Below are positions 1 through 8,959 of a DNA stretch of 64,000 nt, in pieces. The DNA is taken from contig CAXXOA010000001.1 in the NCBI GenBank assembly GCA_963666275.2, positions 800,001 to 864,000 on the forward strand, given 5' to 3'. This DNA is from Oceanispirochaeta sp. Its GTDB lineage: Bacteria > Spirochaetota > Spirochaetia > DSM-2461. Every line of letters begins with the position of its first letter. Positions within the stretch are counted from its first letter, which is position 1. The notes beneath the pieces are model-generated. The model saw only the letters and a list, made by a program, of their open reading frames with translations. It was not told where the DNA came from and did no database searches. The position numbers and the translations under genes were made by a program.

Positions 1-487
1 GATTGCCACCTCTTCTCCCCGCCTGATCGGGATCGCCCTGGGGGCGGAGGATTTTGTCACAAGCATGAAAACGAACCGGTCCCCCGGAGGAGTTGAGCTT
101 CTTTTTGCCAGATCCCAGATACTCACGGCAGCCAGAGCCGCAGGGATCTATGCTCTGGATACTGTCTATTCGGACGTCAATAACGAAGAGGGATTCCTTG
201 AGGAAGTTAAACTGATCAAACAGCTGGGATTTGACGGCAAATCTGTTATTTCTCCCCGGCAGATCCAGCCTCTTCACAATGTTTTCTGTCCTTCCGACAA
301 GGAAATCGATCACGCCATCCGGGTCATTCAGGCCATCAAGGAAGCGGAAAAAAAGAATTCCGGAGTTATCTCCCTGAACGGAAAAATGGTGGATAAACCG
401 ATTGTAGACAGGGCCAGAAGGGTTCTGGAAATGGCGAAGGCCACAGGTATCCGCATAAACGAACTGGAGGAGTACTGCAATGAGTAA
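1..487 (+). CDS. citE: Citrate lyase beta subunit (citryl-ACP lyase), 5' end outside the window
   Basis: Frame is open from base 2 (IATSSPRLIGIALGAEDFVTSMKT). Has the HpcH/CitE motifs GAEDF, GFDGKSVI and GKMVDKP, and overlaps the start of citF. Confidence 0.93.
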   Translation, partial: IATSSPRLIGIALGAEDFVTSMKTNRSPGGVELLFARSQILTAARAAGIYALDTVYSDVNNEEGFLEEVKLIKQLGFDGKSVISPRQIQPLHNVFCPSDKEIDHAIRVIQAIKEAEKKNSGVISLNGKMVDKPIVDRARRVLEMAKATGIRINELEEYCNE

Positions 488-2030
488 GTTCATTACAAAT
501 GCGATTGGAAGAGAAGTCCCTTCCAAACTGAATGATAGAGAGCTCAGTCCTTTTGAAGGGGCTGTAAAACGGACCCCCCTTGTCCGTCAGGATAAGGGAA
601 ACAGAAATCTGCCCCGTCTGAACAAACTGGTGGATACCATTGAGCAGGCTGTATTGAAGACAGAGCTCAGGGACGGGATGACCATCTCTTTCCACCATCA
701 TTTCCGGGGGGGGGATTTTATCATCAATATGGTCATGGATGTGATCTCCAATCTGGGAATCAAAAATCTGACTATAGCCTCCAGCTCTCTGACCACGGTT
801 CATGACGAGCTGATCAGGCATATTGAAAAGGGAACTGTTTCCCAGCTCATTACCAGCGGACTGCGGGGAAAGCTGGCCGAGTTCATCTCGGCGGGAAATA
901 TGAAGAATCCCGTCCTCTTTCACAGCCATGGAGGCCGGGCCCGGGCAATCGAAATCGGTGAAATCAAGATCGATGTGGCCTTTTTAGGGGTCCCCTCCTG
1001 CGATGTCTACGGAAATGCCAACGGATACTCCGGGCCCTCGGCCTGCGGTTCCCTGGGATACGCCATGGTGGATGCCAAACATGCCAGAAAGGTTGTGCTC
1101 ATAACCGATTACCTGACCGAATATCCCAACACTCCCTTCAGTATCGACCAGGACCTTGTGGATTATATTGTCAAAGTGGATGCTGTGGGTGATCCCAATA
1201 AGATCAGTACAGGTGCCACCAGAATTACAAAGGATCCCCGGGATCTTCTGATCGCCCAGAATGCGGCGGATTTCATTGCGGCCAGTCCCTATTTTGAAGA
1301 CGGTTTCTCTCTTCAGACAGGATCGGGGGGCGCCTCTCTGGCGACAACCCGTTTTCTGACGGAATACATGGAGAAGAGAGGTATCACGAGCAGCTGGGCT
1401 CTAGGCGGAATTACAAGTCAGATGGTGAAGATGCACGAAGCGGGGCTCATCAAAAAACTTCTGGATGTCCAGAGTTTTGATCAGGATGCCATCCGTTCTA
1501 TCGGTGAAAATCGTCTCCATACTGAAATTGATGCGTCCTACTATGCCAACCCCCTGAACAAGGGCTGTGCTGTCAATAAACTGAATGTGGTTATCCTCAG
1601 CGCCCTGGAAATCGATCTGGATTTCAATGTAAATGTTCTCACCGGTTCGGACGGAGTCATCATGGGGGCTTCGGGAGGCCATTCGGATACCGCCGTCGGG
1701 TCGGGTCTGTCCGTTGTGGTGGCTCCCCTTATCCGGGGAAGGACTTCCACGGTGACCGATAAGGTCCTGACGGTGGTGACTCCCGGGGAGAGCGTGGATG
1801 TTTTCGTTTCTGACCGGGGAATCGCCATCAACCCCCGCCGAAAGGATCTTATGGACTACTTCAGTTCCGTAAGGCTGCCTTTCTACACCATGCAGGATCT
1901 TCTGAACAAGGCGGAACGCCTGGTCGGCCATCCTGATCCCATCGAGTTTACAGACAGGATCGTCGGGCTTGTGGAGTACCGGGACGGAACCATTATCGAT
2001 GCGGTCCGCCAGGTGAAGGCTCTGGACTGA
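480..2030 (+). CDS. citF: Citrate lyase alpha subunit (citrate CoA/ACP transferase)
   Basis: 516 aa with the CitF motifs GMTISFHHHFRGGD, HSHGGR, QTGSGGASLA and GASGGHSDTA. Confidence 0.96.
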   Translation: MSKFITNAIGREVPSKLNDRELSPFEGAVKRTPLVRQDKGNRNLPRLNKLVDTIEQAVLKTELRDGMTISFHHHFRGGDFIINMVMDVISNLGIKNLTIASSSLTTVHDELIRHIEKGTVSQLITSGLRGKLAEFISAGNMKNPVLFHSHGGRARAIEIGEIKIDVAFLGVPSCDVYGNANGYSGPSACGSLGYAMVDAKHARKVVLITDYLTEYPNTPFSIDQDLVDYIVKVDAVGDPNKISTGATRITKDPRDLLIAQNAADFIAASPYFEDGFSLQTGSGGASLATTRFLTEYMEKRGITSSWALGGITSQMVKMHEAGLIKKLLDVQSFDQDAIRSIGENRLHTEIDASYYANPLNKGCAVNKLNVVILSALEIDLDFNVNVLTGSDGVIMGASGGHSDTAVGSGLSVVVAPLIRGRTSTVTDKVLTVVTPGESVDVFVSDRGIAINPRRKDLMDYFSSVRLPFYTMQDLLNKAERLVGHPDPIEFTDRIVGLVEYRDGTIIDAVRQVKALD

Positions 2031-2887
2031 TGACTGTCCTCCAGACCGGTAGGTCCCTCTCTCTTCTCATATCTCTTGCCGCGGCAGGAGCTATGAAGGA
2101 GGAGGTTCTTCTCAGCCCCAAACCGGGGCTTGTAGACAGATTTGACAACGGCCCCCACCGGGATATGGATCTGGCCCTGTTTCTGCGCAGCGCCGAGGCA
2201 GTGGCTCCCTTTCTGGCGGAAATCTCTTTTGCGACTCCTTTAGAGGAGGCCTCTCAGGTTCTTCCTCTTATCCGGCCTGTGGGGAGGAAAGCGGAAGAGG
2301 CCATGCTGGGAGCTACCGGGGGAGTGAATACCCATAAAGGTCAGATTTTCAGCCTGGGAGTCTGTACGGCTGCGGCAGTGAGAACCGGGGTATCTCCTTT
2401 TGATGCTTATGCCATTCTGGAGGAAGCGGGGGATATCTGCCAGGGATTGAGCCGGGAGCTGGAAGGTTCGGGCAGTCCGTCGAGCAACGGGGAGGGGGTT
2501 TACCGCTCCACCGGGAGCAAAGGCGCCAGGGGAGAGGCCGAAGCGGGATTCCCCTCTGTCCGGAACTGCTCCTATCCGGCCTACAGACAGGCCAGGCAGA
2601 AAGGACTGGGCCATGAGGAAGCCGCTCTGCAGGCTCTTATGCATCTGATGCTCCGGGTAGAGGACAGCAATGTCCTTCACCGGCGGGGGCTGGAAGGTCT
2701 GGGGATTTTAAGGCGGGAAGCGGCCGTTTTTCTGAACAGCGGAGGGATGTTCCATCCTGAGGCCTTTGAACTTCTGGATCGGATGAACCGCCTTTTTATC
2801 CGGGAAAATATCTCACCCGGGGGCTGTGCGGATCTGCTGGCTCTGACTCTTTTCCTAATCAAACTGGAGGATCAGCGGGATGGATAG
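2030..2887 (+). CDS. citG: Triphosphoribosyl-dephospho-CoA synthase
   Basis: Motifs PKPGLVDR, NTHKG, GARGEA and SPGGCADLLA. TGATG overlap with citF. Confidence 0.94.
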   Translation: MTVLQTGRSLSLLISLAAAGAMKEEVLLSPKPGLVDRFDNGPHRDMDLALFLRSAEAVAPFLAEISFATPLEEASQVLPLIRPVGRKAEEAMLGATGGVNTHKGQIFSLGVCTAAAVRTGVSPFDAYAILEEAGDICQGLSRELEGSGSPSSNGEGVYRSTGSKGARGEAEAGFPSVRNCSYPAYRQARQKGLGHEEAALQALMHLMLRVEDSNVLHRRGLEGLGILRREAAVFLNSGGMFHPEAFELLDRMNRLFIRENISPGGCADLLALTLFLIKLEDQRDG

Positions 2888-3413
2888 GGCAGTGACCCTC
2901 CAGCAGATGCTGGACACCAGAGAAAAACGTTCCTTTCTCAGACGCAGATATTTTAACTCCGATCGGGAGGGCCTTTTTCTGCAGTTTACCCTGAATATCC
3001 CGGGAGAGCGTAAAAACAGCGATCTGATCAGACGGGTTTTCCGTGAGGGGCTGAAGGAACTGGAATCCCGGTTCCCCACCATCAGGTTTCTGAAGGAAAG
3101 CGATGAGGATAAAAATACGGGGCCCGAAGGTTTCGCTATCCTGAGGGGGAGGCCTCTGGAAATTAAAAAGATCCTCTGCGAGTCCGAAGAAAACCATCCC
3201 CTGGGGCGTTTATGGGACTTCGACCTCTTTGTCTCTCCCGACAGATCTGTCAGCCGGGAGGAAACAGGCTTTGAGGGACGTCTCTGCCTGATCTGCGATC
3301 ATCCGGCTCATCAGTGTTCCCGGTCCCGTTCCCACAGTGTGGAGGATATTCACAGGAAAATTCAGGAAATGTGCCGGAAACATTTTGCCCAAACCTCATC
3401 TCATACGGTATGA
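2880..3413 (+). CDS. citX: Apo-citrate lyase phosphoribosyl-dephospho-CoA transferase
   Basis: Motifs LNIPG, TGPEG, HPLGRLWDFD and CLICxxxAxxCSRSRSH. Lies in the cit cluster. Confidence 0.93.
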   Translation: MDRAVTLQQMLDTREKRSFLRRRYFNSDREGLFLQFTLNIPGERKNSDLIRRVFREGLKELESRFPTIRFLKESDEDKNTGPEGFAILRGRPLEIKKILCESEENHPLGRLWDFDLFVSPDRSVSREETGFEGRLCLICDHPAHQCSRSRSHSVEDIHRKIQEMCRKHFAQTSSHTV

Positions 3414-3422
3414 TTCAGCAGC

Positions 3423-6400
3423 ATGAGGCATCCCTTTTTCCTATCTTTTATACTCCTCTTTCTGCAGATTTCCCTTTTTGCTGAAGATTTTCTATTTTCT
3501 CCTCTGACAATCGAGGACGGTTTGTCCAACAATTCTGTCTATTGTGTTCTTCAGGATTCTCAGGGATACATGTGGTTCGGTACTTTCAGCGGCCTGAACA
3601 GGTACGACGGGAGGACCTCCACCACTTTCCGCCCCCAGATCGGGGATCCCGACAGCATCAGCGGATCTGTTATCTTCTCCCTGCTGGAGGATTCCCGTGA
3701 GAATCTCTGGGTGGGAACCGACGGGGGAGGGCTGAACCTTTTCAACAGGGAAACCCTGAGCTTCATCCATTTCCGGAATGATCCGGAAGATCCTGTGAGT
3801 CTGTCGAGCAATCAGGTATTCGCTCTGGCGGAAGATAACCAGGGGAAGCTCTGGATCGGAACCGCCGGGGGAGGACTCTGCCTCTACAGGGGGAACGGAC
3901 GGTTTTTTATCCTGAAAGAGGATAATTCGGCTCTGGTCCATAACAGAATCCGGACCCTCTACTGTGACAGCCGGGGCATCCTCTGGATCGGGACGGAAAA
4001 GGGACTTTCCCTGTATGACACAGGTTCGGGGCATTTCCTGGAAAGCACGGACAACCCCTCTCTGGATAAACTGAAGGGGCTTTTCATCAGGAGCATTGTA
4101 GAAGGACCGGAGGGGCATATCTGGATCGGTACAGAACAGGGACTTTTCCGGTATAATCCCGATGGCGGGAATATCAATCCCTTTTATCTTCCCGAAGAAG
4201 CCTCTGTCAGGTCCGTGGGCTTTGACCGCAGCAGACTCTGGGTGGGAACGGAGCGGTCGGGTATTTTTGTCTATGACCTGATCCGGGAACACTGGACCCT
4301 TATCCGGGCGGGCAGGGACGAAGGAAACCTTTCCTACGGAAAAATCCGCAGCATATACAGAGATCACCAGGGGCTCCTGTGGGTAGGGACAAGAGGGGGC
4401 GGTGTGAATCTGTACAACCCCGATACCTCCCTGATCAGGACCTATGGGGAAGTTCCCGACAGCCGGCAGATGATTGAGCGAAGTGACGGTTCCATCTTGA
4501 TCGCCACAGACGGATACGGCCTCAGGATCCTGAACAGAAAAACCGGTGAAATCCGCCATGTGGATGTGGATCCCCTGGATCCCAAAGCCGATGATGATCA
4601 GGTGTATGCCCTGATGGAAGACCACGAACAGAACCTCTGGATAGGGACTGACGGCAGCGGTCTTTATTTTCTGGCCGCCGGGGATTCTCCCGACAGGATC
4701 AGGGAGTTTCCCCTGCAGGCTCATGAGGATGATCCCTCTTTCAAAGGGACGGTCTGGGCAATTCTGGAGGATTCGGATCAGACTGTCTGGGTCGGAACCG
4801 AGGGCGACGGACTCTATGCTCTGAAAGAGGGGGCTGTTTTCCGGTATACCCACGAGCCGGATGATCCCTCCAGCCTGAACGGGAATGCAGTGCGCTCTCT
4901 GCTTGAGGACTCTCATGGACAGCTCTGGATCGGTACCTGGGACGGGGGACTCAACCGTTTTGTAGAGGAGGATCAAACCTTTATCCGCTATGTCCGCTCC
5001 GCAAGCAGGCCGGGGAGTCTCAGCGACAACAGCGTCAATGTCATATTCGAAGACTCCTATAACAGGCTCTGGGTCGGCACTGCCGGGGGAGGAGTCAATG
5101 TCTTCCAGCCCCGGGAAAAGCGTTTCAGAAATATCTCCACAAGAGACGGGCTGTCGGGGGATAATATTTACGGCATCCTGGAAGATCAGGAAAGGAATCT
5201 CTGGTTGTCTTCAGACAAGGGGCTTTCCATGGTCACTCCCATAGTGGAGGATATTCTGAATTTCAGCAAAGCCGACGGTCTGAAGGGGAATGAGTTCTCC
5301 CAGAATGCCTATCTGGAAACACAGGACGGGGCTTTCTTTTTCGGCGGCCCCAGAGGAATAAGTTCCTTTCAGCCCTTTGACCTTCTGCACAGTCACCGCT
5401 CTGAAACGTATCAGCCCCGGGTGGTCATCACAGGCCTGAGTGTGCATAACATACCCGTGGCCATTGGACAGAGTCTGGGTGGACGGGTTATTCTGGACAA
5501 AGATATCTCCCTTAAAACAGCTATAGAGCTCCCTCATACCGCCAACAACATCAGTTTTCAGTTTGCCATCCTGTCCTATATCGATCCCTCGAAGCACCAC
5601 TATTCGGTGCAGCTGGAGGGACTGGAGCAGCAGCCCCGGTTTCTGGGGAATCACAACGAAGTCAGCTATACGGCAATCCCTCCGGGTGAGTACTCCCTGC
5701 GGGTTTTCGGAACGGATCATAACGGGCTGAATATCAGCCGGATGGAACCCCTCACTGTTCATGTGCTGGCTCCGTTCTGGATGAATCTCTGGTTTTATCT
5801 GCTGGCCCTCTCACTTCTGGTGGGGCTTGTGAGCTGGGGAATCTGGCTGCGTGTCCGTCTGCTAGAAAAGAATAACCAGCAGCTCAGAAGTTTCACCATG
5901 CACATGGAGAAGGCCCGGGAAGAGGAGAGGCGTTCTGCCGCCAGGGAATATCATGATGAACTGGGCCAGCAGCTCACGGCCATGAAATTTGATCTCTACT
6001 GGCTCAACAGCCATCCTGATTCAGAGGATTCTGTGAGAAAAGACAAAATTTCGTCCCTTCTGGAGTTGGTCAACGATTCCATTGAGTCCGTACGGAGTCT
6101 CTCAACCAATCTCAGGCCCAAAGCTCTGGACAACCTGTCTCTGCAGGAAGCCCTGGAATGGCAGAGCCGCCGGTTCAATAAAAGAACCGGAATTCCTCTC
6201 AAACTGGATATTCAGCTGGATAACTTCCGGCTCCATGATCCGGAGGGGGAGGTGAAGACGGCAGTATTCCGGATCTATCAGGAGATCCTGACCAATATCA
6301 TCCGCCATTCCGGAGCGGACCGGGTTCAGGTTCTGATCAAACAGGACCGGGAGGATTTCCGTCTGATTGTCAGAGACAACGGCTGCGGGATTGATAAAAC

Positions 6401-6542
6401 CCGGGCAAAAAAGGATAATTCCTTCGGACTTATAGGGATGAGGGAACGCTGTCTGCATCTGAACGGCAAATTCTTTATTGATAATCATCCCGAAGGCGGA
6501 ACTGTTGTCAGGATCATTCTGCCTCTGAAGGAATCAAAATGA
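3423..6542 (+). CDS. Sensor histidine kinase with a periplasmic beta-propeller (Reg_prop repeats) and Y_Y_Y domain, plus HisKA_3/HATPase
   Basis: Signal peptide, many 'EDxxGxLWxGTxGGGL' propeller repeats, 'YTAIPPGEYSLRV' (Y_Y_Y), one TM, HisKA_3 H-box AREYHDELGQQL, and DNGCG and FGLIGMRER boxes. Confidence 0.9.
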   Translation: MRHPFFLSFILLFLQISLFAEDFLFSPLTIEDGLSNNSVYCVLQDSQGYMWFGTFSGLNRYDGRTSTTFRPQIGDPDSISGSVIFSLLEDSRENLWVGTDGGGLNLFNRETLSFIHFRNDPEDPVSLSSNQVFALAEDNQGKLWIGTAGGGLCLYRGNGRFFILKEDNSALVHNRIRTLYCDSRGILWIGTEKGLSLYDTGSGHFLESTDNPSLDKLKGLFIRSIVEGPEGHIWIGTEQGLFRYNPDGGNINPFYLPEEASVRSVGFDRSRLWVGTERSGIFVYDLIREHWTLIRAGRDEGNLSYGKIRSIYRDHQGLLWVGTRGGGVNLYNPDTSLIRTYGEVPDSRQMIERSDGSILIATDGYGLRILNRKTGEIRHVDVDPLDPKADDDQVYALMEDHEQNLWIGTDGSGLYFLAAGDSPDRIREFPLQAHEDDPSFKGTVWAILEDSDQTVWVGTEGDGLYALKEGAVFRYTHEPDDPSSLNGNAVRSLLEDSHGQLWIGTWDGGLNRFVEEDQTFIRYVRSASRPGSLSDNSVNVIFEDSYNRLWVGTAGGGVNVFQPREKRFRNISTRDGLSGDNIYGILEDQERNLWLSSDKGLSMVTPIVEDILNFSKADGLKGNEFSQNAYLETQDGAFFFGGPRGISSFQPFDLLHSHRSETYQPRVVITGLSVHNIPVAIGQSLGGRVILDKDISLKTAIELPHTANNISFQFAILSYIDPSKHHYSVQLEGLEQQPRFLGNHNEVSYTAIPPGEYSLRVFGTDHNGLNISRMEPLTVHVLAPFWMNLWFYLLALSLLVGLVSWGIWLRVRLLEKNNQQLRSFTMHMEKAREEERRSAAREYHDELGQQLTAMKFDLYWLNSHPDSEDSVRKDKISSLLELVNDSIESVRSLSTNLRPKALDNLSLQEALEWQSRRFNKRTGIPLKLDIQLDNFRLHDPEGEVKTAVFRIYQEILTNIIRHSGADRVQVLIKQDREDFRLIVRDNGCGIDKTRAKKDNSFGLIGMRERCLHLNGKFFIDNHPEGGTVVRIILPLKESK

Positions 6543-6620
6543 GAGAGGATACTCTCCTGATCATGCCGAATGGTATTATCAGTGTACGTAATGGAAACGA
6601 ACCGGAGCGGGAGGCCTGTA

Positions 6621-7259
6621 ATGCATAAAATACTGATTGTTGACGATCACCCTCTGGTCAGACGGGGGCTCTGCCAGATCCTTCAGGATGCCATCAGTTT
6701 GAGTCGCCTGGATGAGCTTTCCAACGGAAATGACGTCCTGGAGCAGGTGGCCAGGAGAAGCTATGACATGGTGATTCTGGATATATCCCTTCCCGGAAGA
6801 GACGGGCTTGAAGTTCTCAAGGACCTTCATTACTACCATCCCGAACTTCCTGTTCTGATCCTGAGTATCCAGTCCGAGAGCCAGTATGCTCTGAGAGCCC
6901 TGAAACTGGGGGCGTCCGGATGCCTCAACAAAGCCTCTGCCCCGGAAGAGCTGGTGGATGCAGCCAAACAGGTTCTGAAAGGGAGCCGGTATATCTCTCC
7001 CAAGGTCAGCCAGCTCCTGCTGGAGGACTATCAGAATCTTCATTCCGATGAACCCCATAAGCACCTGTCAGAACGGGAATATCAGGTCATGATGATGCTT
7101 GCATCGGGTCTGACCTCCGGAGAAATTTCGGAACAGCTGGGTTTGAGTATAAAAACTGTAAGCACCTATAGAACCCGGCTCCTTCAGAAAATGAGCTTAA
7201 AAAATAATGCCCAGATAACTTATTACGCAGTAAAACATAATCTCATCTCCGGTACATAA
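6621..7259 (+). CDS. NarL/UvrY-family response regulator (REC + LuxR HTH)
   Basis: Start MHKILIVDDHPLVR after a GGAGG RBS. Phosphoacceptor in ILDISLP and C-terminal LSEREYQV...LSIKTVSTYR. Confidence 0.92.
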   Translation: MHKILIVDDHPLVRRGLCQILQDAISLSRLDELSNGNDVLEQVARRSYDMVILDISLPGRDGLEVLKDLHYYHPELPVLILSIQSESQYALRALKLGASGCLNKASAPEELVDAAKQVLKGSRYISPKVSQLLLEDYQNLHSDEPHKHLSEREYQVMMMLASGLTSGEISEQLGLSIKTVSTYRTRLLQKMSLKNNAQITYYAVKHNLISGT

Positions 7260-7275
7260 ACCCTTCCTGTAAAAC

Positions 7276-7297
7276 CCTGTAGGAGGATTCCTACAGG
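7276..7297. promoter_or_regulatory. Inverted repeat CCTGTAGGA-GGAT-TCCTACAGG upstream of tctC; putative response-regulator operator
   Basis: Perfect 9-bp inverted repeat with core TGTAGG-N6-CCTACA. An extra TCCTACA half-site lies at 7312-7318. Confidence 0.6.
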
Positions 7298-7400
7298 AAG
7301 ATCCACTCCTCTCCTACATCCTGATTTCAGAATCCCCTTTTACAATAGGGCAAGTTTGAACCGGAAACCGGTTTATATAAAAAAATCAAAGGAGATTTTA

Positions 7401-8408
7401 ATGAAAACCAGAAAAATCTTTTCTCTTGTTTTAACTCTTCTCTTTGTCCTTTCAGCAGGCCTGATGGCTGAAGGTCAGAGTGATTCTGCCGGAGGAAATC
7501 CTCCCTATCCCAAAGGCGTTCTTGACTTTGTTGCACCCGGCGGTGCCGGTGGCGGATGGGATCTGACCATCAGAACCACAGCAAAAGTACTGAAAGATTC
7601 GGGACTTGTAAAAGTTCCCATGCCCGTCAGAAACAACCCCGGTGCCGGCGGTTCTGTTCATCTGGCAAGCCTGCAGGAAAAGAAAGGCAGCGACAAGATT
7701 ATAACTGTCTATTCTCCTCCTCTTATCCTTACCAATCTGGCCGGAACAACTGACCTGGGATACAAGGATGTTACACCCCTTGCCCGTCTGATCGCAGACT
7801 ATGCTGTATTTGTTGTCCGTGCGGACTCTCCCTATCAGAGCATGGCGGATCTGATGGACGCCCTTAAATCGGATATAAAGAGTGTCAAAATCGGCGGTAT
7901 CTCTTCAGCCGGTTCCATGGACCACATCCAGTTCCTTATGATGGCAAAAGCCGCGGGTGTTAAAAACCTGAAAGACATCGACTATGTGAGCTTTGATGAT
8001 TCCGGTGCCGCTCAGGTTCTGGGAGGTCATATCGATCTTTTCTCTACAGGACTTTCCGAAGTACAGGCTCTTATCGAGAGCGGTGACCTGAGAGCCCTCG
8101 GTCAGACTGCTGACCACCGTGTAGGCCAGGGCATTGTTGCAGAAATCCCCACCTGTGTTGAACAGGGTATTGATGCCACATTTGTTAACTGGAGAGGACT
8201 CTTCGGGCCTCCCGAAATGCCTGAATATGCTGTTGAATACTGGAGAAATACTCTGGCTGAAATGGTAAAGACTCCCGAATGGGATCAGGCCAAAACAACC
8301 AATGGCTGGGATGATGCCTATATGGATGCCCCCGACTTTGAAACATTCCTGGGACAGGCCAATGAAGACCTGAAAGGGATTCTGACTGAAATCGGAATGT
8401 ACAAATAA
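7401..8408 (+). CDS. tctC: Tripartite tricarboxylate transporter substrate-binding protein
   Basis: GGAG RBS before the ATG at 7401, a signal peptide, and Bug/TctC motifs PGGAGGGWD, NNPGAGG and NWRG. Confidence 0.92.
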   Translation: MKTRKIFSLVLTLLFVLSAGLMAEGQSDSAGGNPPYPKGVLDFVAPGGAGGGWDLTIRTTAKVLKDSGLVKVPMPVRNNPGAGGSVHLASLQEKKGSDKIITVYSPPLILTNLAGTTDLGYKDVTPLARLIADYAVFVVRADSPYQSMADLMDALKSDIKSVKIGGISSAGSMDHIQFLMMAKAAGVKNLKDIDYVSFDDSGAAQVLGGHIDLFSTGLSEVQALIESGDLRALGQTADHRVGQGIVAEIPTCVEQGIDATFVNWRGLFGPPEMPEYAVEYWRNTLAEMVKTPEWDQAKTTNGWDDAYMDAPDFETFLGQANEDLKGILTEIGMYK

Positions 8409-8416
8409 TATGTCCT

Positions 8417-8455
8417 GAACTGCCCGTTGATGGGACTCCGGTCCCCGGGCAGTTC
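8417..8455 (+). other. Intercistronic stem-loop between tctC and tctB
   Basis: 10-bp perfect stem GAACTGCCCG...CGGGCAGTTC with no long U-tract. Confidence 0.55.
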
Positions 8456-8475
8456 TTAAGAATATGGAGGAACCT

Positions 8476-8949
8476 GTGAGTTTATCTATCCTTCCTTCCC
8501 TTTTGTTTTTTGCACTGGGAATTATTTACACCACGGCCACGGTCATGCTGCCTGATGCATCTGTGGGACGTCCTTTTGAACCTAAGATCTTTCCCCTTAT
8601 GCTGGGGATCCTTTTGATCATTCTCTCTCTGTCTCTGATGATTAAAGAGATGGCGGCCCTGAAAAACAGGAAAGAAACCAGCCATAAGGAGCCGTTTTAC
8701 AAGGAAGTGGGATTCAGAAATATCCTTTTGACCTGCGGTGTATCCGTACTCTATGCACTTCTTTTTGACAAGCTGGGGTATTTTCTGAGCACAGTCCTGT
8801 TTCTGGAGCTGGAGCTTATACTGTTCAACAGTTTGAAAAACTGGAAAATTAACACGATTGTTTCTGTTGTATTCAGTCTGTTTATCTATATCGTCTTTTC
8901 AAAAGTCCTGGGTGTGTATTTACCAATGACCCCGGGTATCTGGATTTGA
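8476..8949 (+). CDS. tctB: Tripartite tricarboxylate transporter small membrane subunit
   Basis: Hydrophobic protein with PKIFP and LGVYLP motifs, between tctC and tctA. A GGAGG RBS favours the GTG at 8476 (ORF track starts at 8464). Confidence 0.88.
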   Translation: MSLSILPSLLFFALGIIYTTATVMLPDASVGRPFEPKIFPLMLGILLIILSLSLMIKEMAALKNRKETSHKEPFYKEVGFRNILLTCGVSVLYALLFDKLGYFLSTVLFLELELILFNSLKNWKINTIVSVVFSLFIYIVFSKVLGVYLPMTPGIWI

Positions 8950-8959
8950 GGTTCTAATT

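Noticed and set aside
3492..4976. 494-aa minus-strand ORF
   Set aside because: Antisense to the well-supported sensor kinase, with no protein-like features.
3500..5350. Recurring 'ctctggatcgg/ctctgggtcgg' DNA words
   Set aside because: These are coding repeats of the beta-propeller blades (LWIG/LWVG), not a non-coding array.
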